A stretch of DNA of 32,000 bases from Kineococcus radiotolerans SRS30216 = ATCC BAA-149 (GTDB lineage: Bacteria; Actinomycetota; Actinomycetes; Actinomycetales; Kineococcaceae). Shown one piece after another: positions 14,520 through 23,028 of this stretch. Location of the stretch: the NCBI RefSeq assembly GCF_000017305.1, contig NC_009664.2, positions 30,001-62,000 on the forward strand, written 5' to 3'. The translations under genes were made by a program, and so were the position numbers. The notes beneath the pieces were generated by a model that did not search any database, was not told the origin of the DNA, and was given only the letters and a program-made list of their open reading frames with translations. The first letter of the stretch is position 1. Every line of letters begins with the position of its first letter.

Positions 14520-14534
14520 CGCGCCTGGCGCGTC
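14518..14534. other. 17-bp palindrome GACGCGCC-T-GGCGCGTC at the sORF stop
   Basis: Read directly. The direct repeat gacgcgcctg also occurs at 14500-14509 and 14518-14527. No U-tract follows. Confidence 0.5.
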
Positions 14535-14619
14535 CCACGACGCCGTCACCTCTCCACCGTTCTCAGCTGCATCCCTTCTCTCCCCCACCCGTTTCCGGAC
14601 CGGCAGGAGTTCCGCCCGC

Positions 14620-16254
14620 ATGCCCGCACGCCCCCGAAGAACCCTCGTCGCCGGGTTCGCCGCTCTGCTGCTGACCGGTTGCGCCGGTTCGGCGGCCGCG
14701 CCGCAGTCGGCGCCCGGAGCCCGCCCGGTCAGCGGCGGGACCATCGTCTACGGCCATCAGCAAGAACCCGCCTGCGTCTTCGGGGGATGGATCGAGCAGG
14801 CGTACCTGTCCACCCAGGTTCTGGACGCCCTCACCTCCCTCGACGCCGACCGCGAGGTGGTGCCCTGGCTGGCGACGTCCTGGCAGACCTCTCCCGACGG
14901 GCTGACCTGGACCTTCCACCTGAAGGACGGGGTGAAGTTCACCGACGGCACCGACCTGACCGCGGCGGTCGTGGCCTACAACATCGACCACTGGATGGGG
15001 GGAGGGAACTCGACGGCGAAGGTGTGGCTGGACGGGTACTACGACCACTCCACCGCCGTCGACGAGCACACGCTGCAGATCCACCTGGCCAAGCCCTACC
15101 CGCGGCTGGCCGACAACCTGGCCCAGGGCTACTCCGGTATCCAGTCCCAGCACGCGCTGGAGACCCGGACCGCGGAGCAGAATTGTGAGCAGCCCATCGG
15201 CTCGGGTGCCTTCGTGGTGGACCACTGGGACCGCGGGGAGCAGATCGTGCTCAAGCGCAACGAGCAGTACACCTCCCCGCCGGCCAACGCCAAGCACACC
15301 GGCCCGGCCCACGTCGAGCAGATCGACTGGAAGTTCATCGCCGACGCGACCACCCGGGTCGCCTCGCTGCGCTCCGGCGAGACCGACGCGATCTACGACG
15401 TCCCGGCCATCGACTACGCCGGCCTCGGCGCCGACGGCTACACCGAGCTGAAGTACGTCACCGGCGGCCGTCCCCAGCAGTTGGCGTTCAACACTCAGCA
15501 GGGCCCCTTCACCGACGAACGCGTCCGCAAAGCGTTCGCCTACAGCCTGGACCGCAAGGCCCTGGTCGAGACGATCGGGCAAGGCGTCATCCCCTACGAG
15601 GGCAACGGCGCGGTCTCCCAGAGCACCCCCGGCTACAGCCAAGCGGCCGCCGATGCGTACTCCCTGGACCTCACCCGAGCCAACCAGTTGCTGGACGAGG
15701 CCGGGTGGACCGGACGTGACACCGACGGCACCCGCACCAAGGACGGCGAACGGCTGAGCGTGGTCCTGCCCTACAACTCCGGCACCATCATCAACGCCGA
15801 CGGCGCCTCGATCCTGCAGGGCGTCCAGGAACAGGCCAAGGCGAGCGGGTTCGCCGTCGACCTGGTCACCGTCCCCCCCAGCGGGTTCTTCTCCGGCCTG
15901 TACACCAAGCCCGACGAGCGAGACATCGCCGCCGGGTACTGGACGGCCGTCACCGCCGGGATCCTGTGGATCAACTGGCGCCCGGTGAGTGAGGAGTGGC
16001 CCAACGGCAACAACGCCGCCTTCACCACCGACGCCTTCCTCGGTGACCTCATCGACCGGGCCAACCAGACCGCCGACGTCCAAGCCCAGAACGCCCTGTA
16101 CGCGCAGGCGCAGGACTACATCGCCGATCACGCCCTGTCCATCGGCCTCTACGACCGGCTGAGCACCCTGGCGGTGACGCCGTCGCTGAAGGACGTGTGG
16201 CAGGAAAACGCCCAGGGAGGACCGGTGTTCTACGATGCCCACTTCGTCCGCTGA
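14620..16254 (+). CDS. ABC transporter substrate-binding lipoprotein, family 5 (DppA/OppA/NikA type)
   Basis: Signal peptide with lipobox LLLTGC. 544 aa with family 5 SBP features (KFTDGTDLTA..., WKFIADATTRVASLRSGETD). Confidence 0.9.
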   Translation: MPARPRRTLVAGFAALLLTGCAGSAAAPQSAPGARPVSGGTIVYGHQQEPACVFGGWIEQAYLSTQVLDALTSLDADREVVPWLATSWQTSPDGLTWTFHLKDGVKFTDGTDLTAAVVAYNIDHWMGGGNSTAKVWLDGYYDHSTAVDEHTLQIHLAKPYPRLADNLAQGYSGIQSQHALETRTAEQNCEQPIGSGAFVVDHWDRGEQIVLKRNEQYTSPPANAKHTGPAHVEQIDWKFIADATTRVASLRSGETDAIYDVPAIDYAGLGADGYTELKYVTGGRPQQLAFNTQQGPFTDERVRKAFAYSLDRKALVETIGQGVIPYEGNGAVSQSTPGYSQAAADAYSLDLTRANQLLDEAGWTGRDTDGTRTKDGERLSVVLPYNSGTIINADGASILQGVQEQAKASGFAVDLVTVPPSGFFSGLYTKPDERDIAAGYWTAVTAGILWINWRPVSEEWPNGNNAAFTTDAFLGDLIDRANQTADVQAQNALYAQAQDYIADHALSIGLYDRLSTLAVTPSLKDVWQENAQGGPVFYDAHFVR

Positions 16255-17272
16255 CCCCGTGCTGCACCTCGAAGACGTCAGGTTCTCCGCCGCGCCGTCC
16301 GAGGCGCCAGCCCACCGGGCCAGGCGCTGGGCCGGCAACGTGGTGCGCCGGATCCTCGGCGCGCTGCTCGTGCTCTGGGGAGCAGCGAGCGTCGCCTTCC
16401 TCGCCCAGGTCGCCCTGCCCGGGGACCGCGCCACGATCATCTTCAACATCCGCGCAGGGCAGCCCATCGAGCGGACCCCTGAGGAACTGGCCACCATCAA
16501 CGCCCAGTACGGGTTCCAGCACCCGGTGCTCCGCCAGTACCTGGACTACCTGTCCGGCCTAGTGCGCGGAGACCTGGGCCACTCCTACCAGCAGTTCCGC
16601 CCCGTCACCGCGATCATCGGTGAGCAGCTGGCGCCCACCCTGGTCCTGACCTTCTCGGCCATCGTGCTGGCCTGGGTGTTCATGGTGTTCTGGGTGACCC
16701 TGACCGCCGGGCGCTCGCGGGGCACCTCCGGCTTCGGCGCCGCGCTGGACACCGCCGCCGCCGGGCTGCCGCACTACTGGCTGGGCATCGTCCTGCTGCT
16801 GGTCTTCGCCTTGACGTTGCATTGGTTCCCCGTCATCAGCGGCAACTCCCCCGCCGGACTGCTGCTGCCGGCCCTGACCCTGGCCATCCCCCTGGCCGGG
16901 TTCATGGGGCAGGCCACCCGCAGCGAGTTCGAGCGCTCCCTGGCCCAGCCGTTCGTCCTGACCGCCCGGATGCGGGGGATGAGCGATGCGGGGATCCGCC
17001 TGCGGCACGTGCTGCGCCACTCCGCGCTGCCGGCGGTGACGCTGTCGGGGTGGGCGCTGGGCGCCACCATCTCCGGCGCCGTCGTGGTGGAGACCGTCTT
17101 CACCCGCGCCGGCATCGGGCGGGTGCTGGTGACCGCGGTCAACAACCAGGACCTGCCCATCGTCACCGGCGTCGTCGTGCTCGTCGCGGCCCTCTACGTC
17201 GTCGCGAACCTCCTCGTCGACGTCCTGCACGCCCTCATCGACCCCCGCCTGGCGAAGGGAACCGACTCGTGA
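16235..17272 (+). CDS. ABC transporter permease (DppB/OppB type)
   Basis: Multi-TM protein with an EAA-like loop TARMRGMSDAGIRLRHVLRHSALP. The start is uncertain (ATG 16235 overlaps the SBP gene; in-frame GTG at 16259). Confidence 0.85.
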   Translation: MPTSSADPVLHLEDVRFSAAPSEAPAHRARRWAGNVVRRILGALLVLWGAASVAFLAQVALPGDRATIIFNIRAGQPIERTPEELATINAQYGFQHPVLRQYLDYLSGLVRGDLGHSYQQFRPVTAIIGEQLAPTLVLTFSAIVLAWVFMVFWVTLTAGRSRGTSGFGAALDTAAAGLPHYWLGIVLLLVFALTLHWFPVISGNSPAGLLLPALTLAIPLAGFMGQATRSEFERSLAQPFVLTARMRGMSDAGIRLRHVLRHSALPAVTLSGWALGATISGAVVVETVFTRAGIGRVLVTAVNNQDLPIVTGVVVLVAALYVVANLLVDVLHALIDPRLAKGTDS

Positions 17273-18132
17273 GCGCCCTGCTGACCGACCCCGGCCTCAG
17301 CACCTCCCGCCCGCGTCGGAGCGTGGGCACCCGTCCCTGGGCGGTCCACCTGGCCGCGGTGGTGGCGGTGTTCTTCCTGGTCGCGGTGATCGCCCCCGGT
17401 CTGCTGGACACCACCGACCCCCTCGCCCTGCACCTCTCCCAGGCGCTGCAGGCCCCCGGGCCCGGGCACTGGTTCGGCACCGACGAGGCCGGGCGGGACC
17501 TGTGGAGCCGGATCGTGCACGGCACCCGTCCCTCCCTGGCCATCGGGGTGGGAGCCAGCGCGGTGAGCCTGAGCCTGGCGATCGTGCTGGGCTCGCTGGC
17601 CGCCCTCGGCGGGAAGATCCTGGCCCCGGCCGTGGACCGCGTCGTGGAGGTCCTCTTCAGCTTCCCCAGCCTGCTGCTGGCGCTGCTGCTCGTGGCGCTG
17701 CTGGGCCCCTCCGCGCTCACCCAGGCCATCGCGGTGGGAGTCGGCACCGCCCCCGGCTACGCCCGGATGGTGCGCGGGCAGATCCTGTCCGCCAAGGGCT
17801 CGGCCTACGTCGAGGCGGCGTTGACCTTGGGGCACTCCCCCGCGCGGATCCTGCGCCGGCACGTCCTGCCCAACGCTGTGCGCCCGCTGGTGGCGATCAT
17901 GGCGCTGTCGATCGGGCAGTCCATCGTGTGGGCCTCCAGCCTGTCCTTCCTGGGCCTGGGCGTGGCCCCGCCCAGTTCGGAGTGGGGGGCCCTGCTGGAA
18001 GCCGGGCGCCCCTACGTCGCCCACGCCTGGTGGCTGACCGTCCTCCCGGGTCTGGTCATCGTCGCCCTGGCGCTGGCCGCGACGACGCTGGGCAAGCACC
18101 TGCAGTCCCTGCTGGAGAGGAGCGAGGCGTGA
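17269..18132 (+). CDS. ABC transporter permease (DppC/OppC type)
   Basis: GTGA start/stop overlap at 17269-17272. HWFGTDEAGRDLWSRIVHG and EAALTLGHSPARILRRHVLPN motifs. Confidence 0.9.
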   Translation: MSALLTDPGLSTSRPRRSVGTRPWAVHLAAVVAVFFLVAVIAPGLLDTTDPLALHLSQALQAPGPGHWFGTDEAGRDLWSRIVHGTRPSLAIGVGASAVSLSLAIVLGSLAALGGKILAPAVDRVVEVLFSFPSLLLALLLVALLGPSALTQAIAVGVGTAPGYARMVRGQILSAKGSAYVEAALTLGHSPARILRRHVLPNAVRPLVAIMALSIGQSIVWASSLSFLGLGVAPPSSEWGALLEAGRPYVAHAWWLTVLPGLVIVALALAATTLGKHLQSLLERSEA

Positions 18133-19868
18133 GCGCCACCCGAAGCCCGAGGATCGACCCGGCCCCGAGCCCCGTCCACGACGCCGGCCCGGACGCTACC
18201 GTCGGCACCGTCATCGGTACCGCCGTCAGTACCGCCGCAGGGCCCGTCCTGAGCGTGCGCGGTCTCGACGTTGGCTTCGCCCGCCGCGGAGGCACCCGGC
18301 ACGTCGTGAAGGACCTCACCTTCGACCTGGCCGGGGGTGAGTGCCTGGCCATCGTCGGGGAGTCCGGGTCGGGCAAGAGCGTCACCGCCCGCACCCTCGT
18401 CGGGCTCACCGGTGGGCAGGCCGTGGTGGCGGCCGAACGCCTCGACTTCGACGGTGCCGACGTGCGCGGGTTCTCCGCCCGCGACTGGCGGGCCACCCGC
18501 GGCCGGCGCATCGGCTTCGTCCTGCAGGACGCCCTGGTGTCCCTGGACCCGCTGCGGCCGGTGGGAGCGGAGATCGAGGAGACGCTGCGCCTACACGGCT
18601 GGACCTCCCGCAAACAGCGCCGGGCCAAAGCCGTGGAGCTGCTGGAGGCCGTCGGGGTCCCCTCCGCCCGCACCCGCGCCGGGCAACGGCCGGACGAGCT
18701 GTCCGGGGGGCTGCGCCAGCGCGCGCTGATCGCCTCGGCCATCGCGCTGGACCCGGAACTGGTCATCGCCGACGAACCCACGACGGCCCTGGACGTCACG
18801 GTGCAGGCGCAGGTCCTGGACCTGCTGGAGCAGCAGAAGCGGCGGGGGGTGGCGATCGTCCTGATCAGCCACGACCTGTCGGTGGTGGCGCGCCTGGCCG
18901 ACCGGGTGCTGGTCATGGCCGGAGGCGTCGTCGTCGAGAGCGGCCCCACCGCCGACGTCCTCAGCGATCCGCAGCACGAGTACACCAGGGCCCTCATCGC
19001 GGCCGTGCCCGGTGAGCACAGCCGCGGGGAGCGGCTCAGCCCCGCACCGGTCGCGGTGCTGCCGGCCCCGCGCCGCGAGCAGCGCAGCGGGGTGGTGCTG
19101 CAAGCGGAGGGCCTGGTCAAGCGGTACGCCACCAGGCAGGGCACTCACACCGCCGTGGACGGGGTCTCGTTCGCCCTGCACGCCGGACGCACCCTCGGCA
19201 TCGTCGGGGAGTCCGGGTCGGGCAAGTCCACCACCGCCCGCCTCGCCCTGGCCTTGACCCGCCCCGACGCCGGCACCGTCCACCTGCTGGGTCAGGCGTG
19301 GTCGGAGGTGCCGGAGAAGGCGCGCCGGGCCCGGCGCCGAGAGATCTCGGTGGTCCAGCAGGACCCGTTGAGCTCCTTCGACCCGCGCTGGACGGTGGAG
19401 CGGATCCTGCTCGACGCCCTGCCCGGACAGTTCCAGGGCGATCGTGGGGTGCGGGTGCGCGAGCTGCTGCAGCAGGTGGGCCTGACCGAGGAGGTCCTGC
19501 CCCGCTTCCCGCTCACCCTGTCCGGCGGGCAGCGCCAGCGCGTCTCCATCGCCCGGGCGCTGGCCCCCGAGCCTTCGATCATCGTGCTCGACGAAGCCGT
19601 CTCGGCCTTGGACGTCTCGGTGCAGGCGCAGGTCCTGGACCTGCTCAGCGACCTGCAGCGCGAGCTCGGGCTGGCCTACCTGTTCATCTCCCACGACCTG
19701 GGCGTCATCTACCACGTCAGCGACGACGTCCTGGTCATGAAGGACGGCGTCGTCGTGGAGCGCGGCACCGCCACCGACATCTTCGAGCGTCCCCAGCAGC
19801 CCTACACCCGTGAACTGGTCAGTGCCCTACCCCGCCTGGGGCTGGCCACGCAGGAGGAGACCCGATGA
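18129..19868 (+). CDS. ABC transporter ATP-binding protein, fused double ATPase (DppD/DppF type)
   Basis: Two Walker A motifs (GESGSGKS twice) and two signatures (LSGGLRQR, LSGGQRQR). GTGA overlap with the upstream permease. Confidence 0.9.
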   Translation: MSATRSPRIDPAPSPVHDAGPDATVGTVIGTAVSTAAGPVLSVRGLDVGFARRGGTRHVVKDLTFDLAGGECLAIVGESGSGKSVTARTLVGLTGGQAVVAAERLDFDGADVRGFSARDWRATRGRRIGFVLQDALVSLDPLRPVGAEIEETLRLHGWTSRKQRRAKAVELLEAVGVPSARTRAGQRPDELSGGLRQRALIASAIALDPELVIADEPTTALDVTVQAQVLDLLEQQKRRGVAIVLISHDLSVVARLADRVLVMAGGVVVESGPTADVLSDPQHEYTRALIAAVPGEHSRGERLSPAPVAVLPAPRREQRSGVVLQAEGLVKRYATRQGTHTAVDGVSFALHAGRTLGIVGESGSGKSTTARLALALTRPDAGTVHLLGQAWSEVPEKARRARRREISVVQQDPLSSFDPRWTVERILLDALPGQFQGDRGVRVRELLQQVGLTEEVLPRFPLTLSGGQRQRVSIARALAPEPSIIVLDEAVSALDVSVQAQVLDLLSDLQRELGLAYLFISHDLGVIYHVSDDVLVMKDGVVVERGTATDIFERPQQPYTRELVSALPRLGLATQEETR

Positions 19869-21346
19869 GCGCGAGCAGCCCCGACCCCACCCCGCAGCCC
19901 CTCTTGCACGCGGCGCCGGGCTCAGCACGGAGGCCGTTGCGCTTCAACGCCTTCGTCATGAACACCACCTCCCACATCCAGCACGGGCAGTGGCGCCGAC
20001 CGGACGCTCAGCAGACCCGCTTCAACGACGTCCGCACCTGGATCGAGCTGGCGAGGACCCTGGAGGCGGCGAAGTTCGACACGATGTTCTTCGCCGACGT
20101 CAGCGGCCTCTACGGCGACGCCGACGCCGACTTCGACGTCTACGTCCGCGAAGGTCTGCAGATCCCCTCCAACGACCCCACCGTCCTGCTCTCCGCCCTC
20201 GCGGTGAACACCGAGCACCTGGGGTTCGCGACCACGTCGAACGTTTTCCAGAACCACCCCTTCAACTTCGCCCGCCAGATCTCGACCCTGGATCACATCT
20301 CCGACGGGCGCATCGCCTGGAACGTCGTGACCGGCATGCAGGACAACGGCGCCCGCAACTACGGCATGGACCGGGTGACCGAGCACTCCGAGCGCTACCG
20401 CTGGGCGCAGGAGTACGTCGACGTCGTCTACAAGCTGTGGGAGGGCTCCTGGGACGAGGACGCCCTGCTGCAGGACAAGGAACGCGGCCTGCACGCCGAC
20501 CCCTCCAAGATCCACAAGATCCACCACCGGGGCGAGCGGTACCGGGTGGAGGGGCCGCACCTGTCCTCCCCCTCCCCGCAGCGGACCCCGCTGCTCTTCC
20601 AGGCCGGCTCGTCGCTGTCAGGGCGGCGCTTCGCCGCCCAGCACGCCGAGGCGGTGTTCCTCGTCTCCCCCTCCCCCGCCCTGGCCGCCCAGCAGATCGC
20701 CGAGACCCGGGCCCTGGCCACCGGCTTCGGCCGTGAGCCGGGCGACGTGACGTTCTACCAGGGCCTCAGCTTCGTCATCGGATCCACCGAGGAGGAAGCC
20801 CGCGCCAAGGCCGCGGAGTACGACGAGTACATCAGCGTCGACGGCTACCTGGCTCACTCCGCGGTCGTGGACCGCGCCGGGCGGGTCTACCCCCCCGACA
20901 CCCCGTTGAAGGACGTGCAGACCGACGGTGCGCGCGGCTTCGCGGAGTGGCTGTCCAAGCACATCACCGACCGTGAGCCCGTCGTAGCGGACCTGGCCCG
21001 CCAGCGCGCCACCAGCCAGCGCATCGTCGGCACCCCGGAGCAGATCGCCGACCGTCTCCAGGAGTGGCAGGCGGCCGGCGTCGACGGCATCAACGTCATC
21101 AACTGGGTCATCCCCGGTTCCTTCGAGGAGTTCGCCGATCACGTCCTGCCGGGGCTGCGCGCGCGCGGCCTGGCCCAGTCGGAGTACGCGGAGGGGCCGC
21201 TGCGCCAGAAGCTGTTCGGTTCCCCCCGCCTCAACGACAGGCACCCCGCGGCCGGCTACCGCGGCGCCTACGGCGAAGGTCGAGCGGTGCTGCCGGCGCC
21301 CACTACCGCCCCGGACCGCCTCACCGTCAGCTCCGGAACTCCGTGA
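19865..21346 (+). CDS. LLM-class flavin-dependent monooxygenase (NtaA/SnaA/DszA family), intact
   Basis: ATGA overlap with the ATPase gene. 493 aa. Paralogous along its length to the interrupted gene at 12587-13999 (YKLWEGSW, SPQRTP, GRIAWN shared). Confidence 0.9.
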   Translation: MSASSPDPTPQPLLHAAPGSARRPLRFNAFVMNTTSHIQHGQWRRPDAQQTRFNDVRTWIELARTLEAAKFDTMFFADVSGLYGDADADFDVYVREGLQIPSNDPTVLLSALAVNTEHLGFATTSNVFQNHPFNFARQISTLDHISDGRIAWNVVTGMQDNGARNYGMDRVTEHSERYRWAQEYVDVVYKLWEGSWDEDALLQDKERGLHADPSKIHKIHHRGERYRVEGPHLSSPSPQRTPLLFQAGSSLSGRRFAAQHAEAVFLVSPSPALAAQQIAETRALATGFGREPGDVTFYQGLSFVIGSTEEEARAKAAEYDEYISVDGYLAHSAVVDRAGRVYPPDTPLKDVQTDGARGFAEWLSKHITDREPVVADLARQRATSQRIVGTPEQIADRLQEWQAAGVDGINVINWVIPGSFEEFADHVLPGLRARGLAQSEYAEGPLRQKLFGSPRLNDRHPAAGYRGAYGEGRAVLPAPTTAPDRLTVSSGTP

Positions 21347-21359
21347 CGGGCCTCGTCAC
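21343..21359 (+). terminator. Short hairpin gtgacg-ggcct-cgtcac overlapping the operon stop codon
   Basis: 6-bp stem and 5-nt loop with no U-tract. A weak candidate only. Confidence 0.3.
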
Positions 21360-21748
21360 CCGGCCCTCGGCGGCCGAGACGTGACGTCCGCGACTGACGT
21401 CGCCGCAGGCCCGGGACACGGCAGCGTCACCCGCGCCGTGGAAGCCGACGCCGCCGAGGCGCTCGCGATCGGTCTGCAGGGCACGACGACACTGCTCGAT
21501 CCCGGCGGCGAGGTCGTCCTGAGACACGGGCCGACGCACGCCGGGCCAGCGTTGCTGAGCCCGGTGACCACAGCGCACGAGCGAGGCCCATCGCCGCTCG
21601 TGGCGGCCGGCACCGCCGGGTGAGCGACTCCCGACTCGGCCCCGTCGCAGGACGAGTCGTCGCAGCGCTGCCGGGGGTTCGAAGAACGAGCCGGCCTCAC
21701 CCAGGCGCGGTCACTGCTCGAAGTCGGCGGACCGACGCCGCCCCTCCA

Positions 21749-21774
21749 CCCCCCAGCGCAGCGACGCTGGGGGG
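21749..21774. other. Strong GC hairpin ccccccagcg-cagcga-cgctgggggg
   Basis: Perfect 10-bp stem and 6-nt loop inside the gene-less convergent gap. Confidence 0.6.
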
Positions 21775-22140
21775 CGGCGGCCCCTACCCGACGACCTCGA
21801 GGGCACGGCTCGCCGGTGCAGCACCGGTCGGGACTGGCTCGTCCCGCGACACCTGCAGGTCGCATCGACCCCGTGGACCGGCGCATCCCTGAGGGTGACG
21901 ACACCGTGGGCGCTGGCGTCGAGCCGGGATCTCCCGCTCGTGGGGCTTGCCGCCCTTCCCATCACCCGGCCGTTGCGCAGCTTTACGCCCCCATCGCCCC
22001 CGGGAGGCGGCGTCACCGGCAGCGAGGACCTCACCTTCCTCGGCCGTCCTCCCGTGACCACCGCCGTGGAGAGGCACGTCCACGTCGACCCCGGTCTCGT
22101 CCTCGCGGTCGCTCCTTCGCGCGCTCGTGGTGGCGTGCCG

Positions 22141-23028
22141 CTACTTCAACCCGGAACTGGCCAGACCGTCGATCACCCGCCGTTGCAGCACGACGAACAG
22201 CACCAGGACCGGAGCCATCGCCAGCAGGCTGGCGGCCATGACGACGGGGTAATCGGTCGTGCGGTCGCTGATCAGGGTCGCCAGCCCCGCCGAGAGCGGC
22301 ATGCGTTCGCTGTAGGTGGACACGACCAGGGGCCACAGCAGCTCGTTCCAAGACCACAGCGTCGAGGTGATGGCTAGGACGCTGATCGTCGGTCGGGCCA
22401 GCGGGAGCATGACCCGCCAGAAGACCTGCCACGGGTTCGCCCCGTCGAGGCGAGCCGCCTCCTCCAGCTCGTCGGGCAGCCCCAGGAACGCCGTGCGCAT
22501 CAGGAAGGTGCCGAAGGCGCTGAACAACCCGGGCAGCACCAGGCCACCGAGGCTGTCGAGCAGGCCGAGATCGGTGATGATCTGGTACTGCGAGAGCAGG
22601 TAGACCTGAGAGGGCACCATGAGGATGGACAGCACTGCGGCGAGCAGCAGGTTCCGTCCGCGGAAACGCATGCGGGCGAAGGCGTACCCGGCGAGGGTGC
22701 AGAAGAGGATCTGCGCCAGGACCCGCACCAGCGTGATGACGATCGAGGTCCGGAACTGCTGGAGGAAAGGCAGCCGCTCGAACACCGCAGCGTAGTTCCC
22801 CCACTGCAGGGACTCCGGCCAGAACGTGGGGGTGACGCTCTGCACCTCGGCGTTGGTGGACAGCGACATGACGACCTGCCACAGGAACGGGAAGGCCATC
22901 GCGAGGGCCCCCAGGCCCAGCACGAGGTGGGCCACCGCGTGCGACCCGTGACGGCGGCGCTGGGCTCGTGCCCGGGTCCGGCGTTCGCCCGCCGGGCTGC
23001 GCGGGGGACGCGTCAACTGTTCAACCAC
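22141..23028 (-). CDS. Carbohydrate ABC transporter permease (MalG type)
   Basis: EAA loop EEAARLDGANPWQVFWRVMLPLARP. Six predicted TM-like segments. Confidence 0.9.
   Translation of the reverse strand: MVEQLTRPPRSPAGERRTRARAQRRRHGSHAVAHLVLGLGALAMAFPFLWQVVMSLSTNAEVQSVTPTFWPESLQWGNYAAVFERLPFLQQFRTSIVITLVRVLAQILFCTLAGYAFARMRFRGRNLLLAAVLSILMVPSQVYLLSQYQIITDLGLLDSLGGLVLPGLFSAFGTFLMRTAFLGLPDELEEAARLDGANPWQVFWRVMLPLARPTISVLAITSTLWSWNELLWPLVVSTYSERMPLSAGLATLISDRTTDYPVVMAASLLAMAPVLVLFVVLQRRVIDGLASSGLK

Noticed and set aside
14563-16500. 645-aa minus-strand ORF
   Set aside because: It is antisense to the family 5 SBP gene. Its composition is Gly/Val/Arg/Asp-rich (GGVV, DVVGHDRRGQ), typical of shadow frames, and it has no recognisable domain.
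21327-21904. ORFs 21381..21623 (+), 21327..21578 (-) and 21356..21904 (-) in the convergent gap
   Set aside because: They are mutually antisense and none has an RBS or a recognisable domain. GC3 is only moderately elevated in two of them, so I could not choose between them. The region is reported as an unassigned gap instead.
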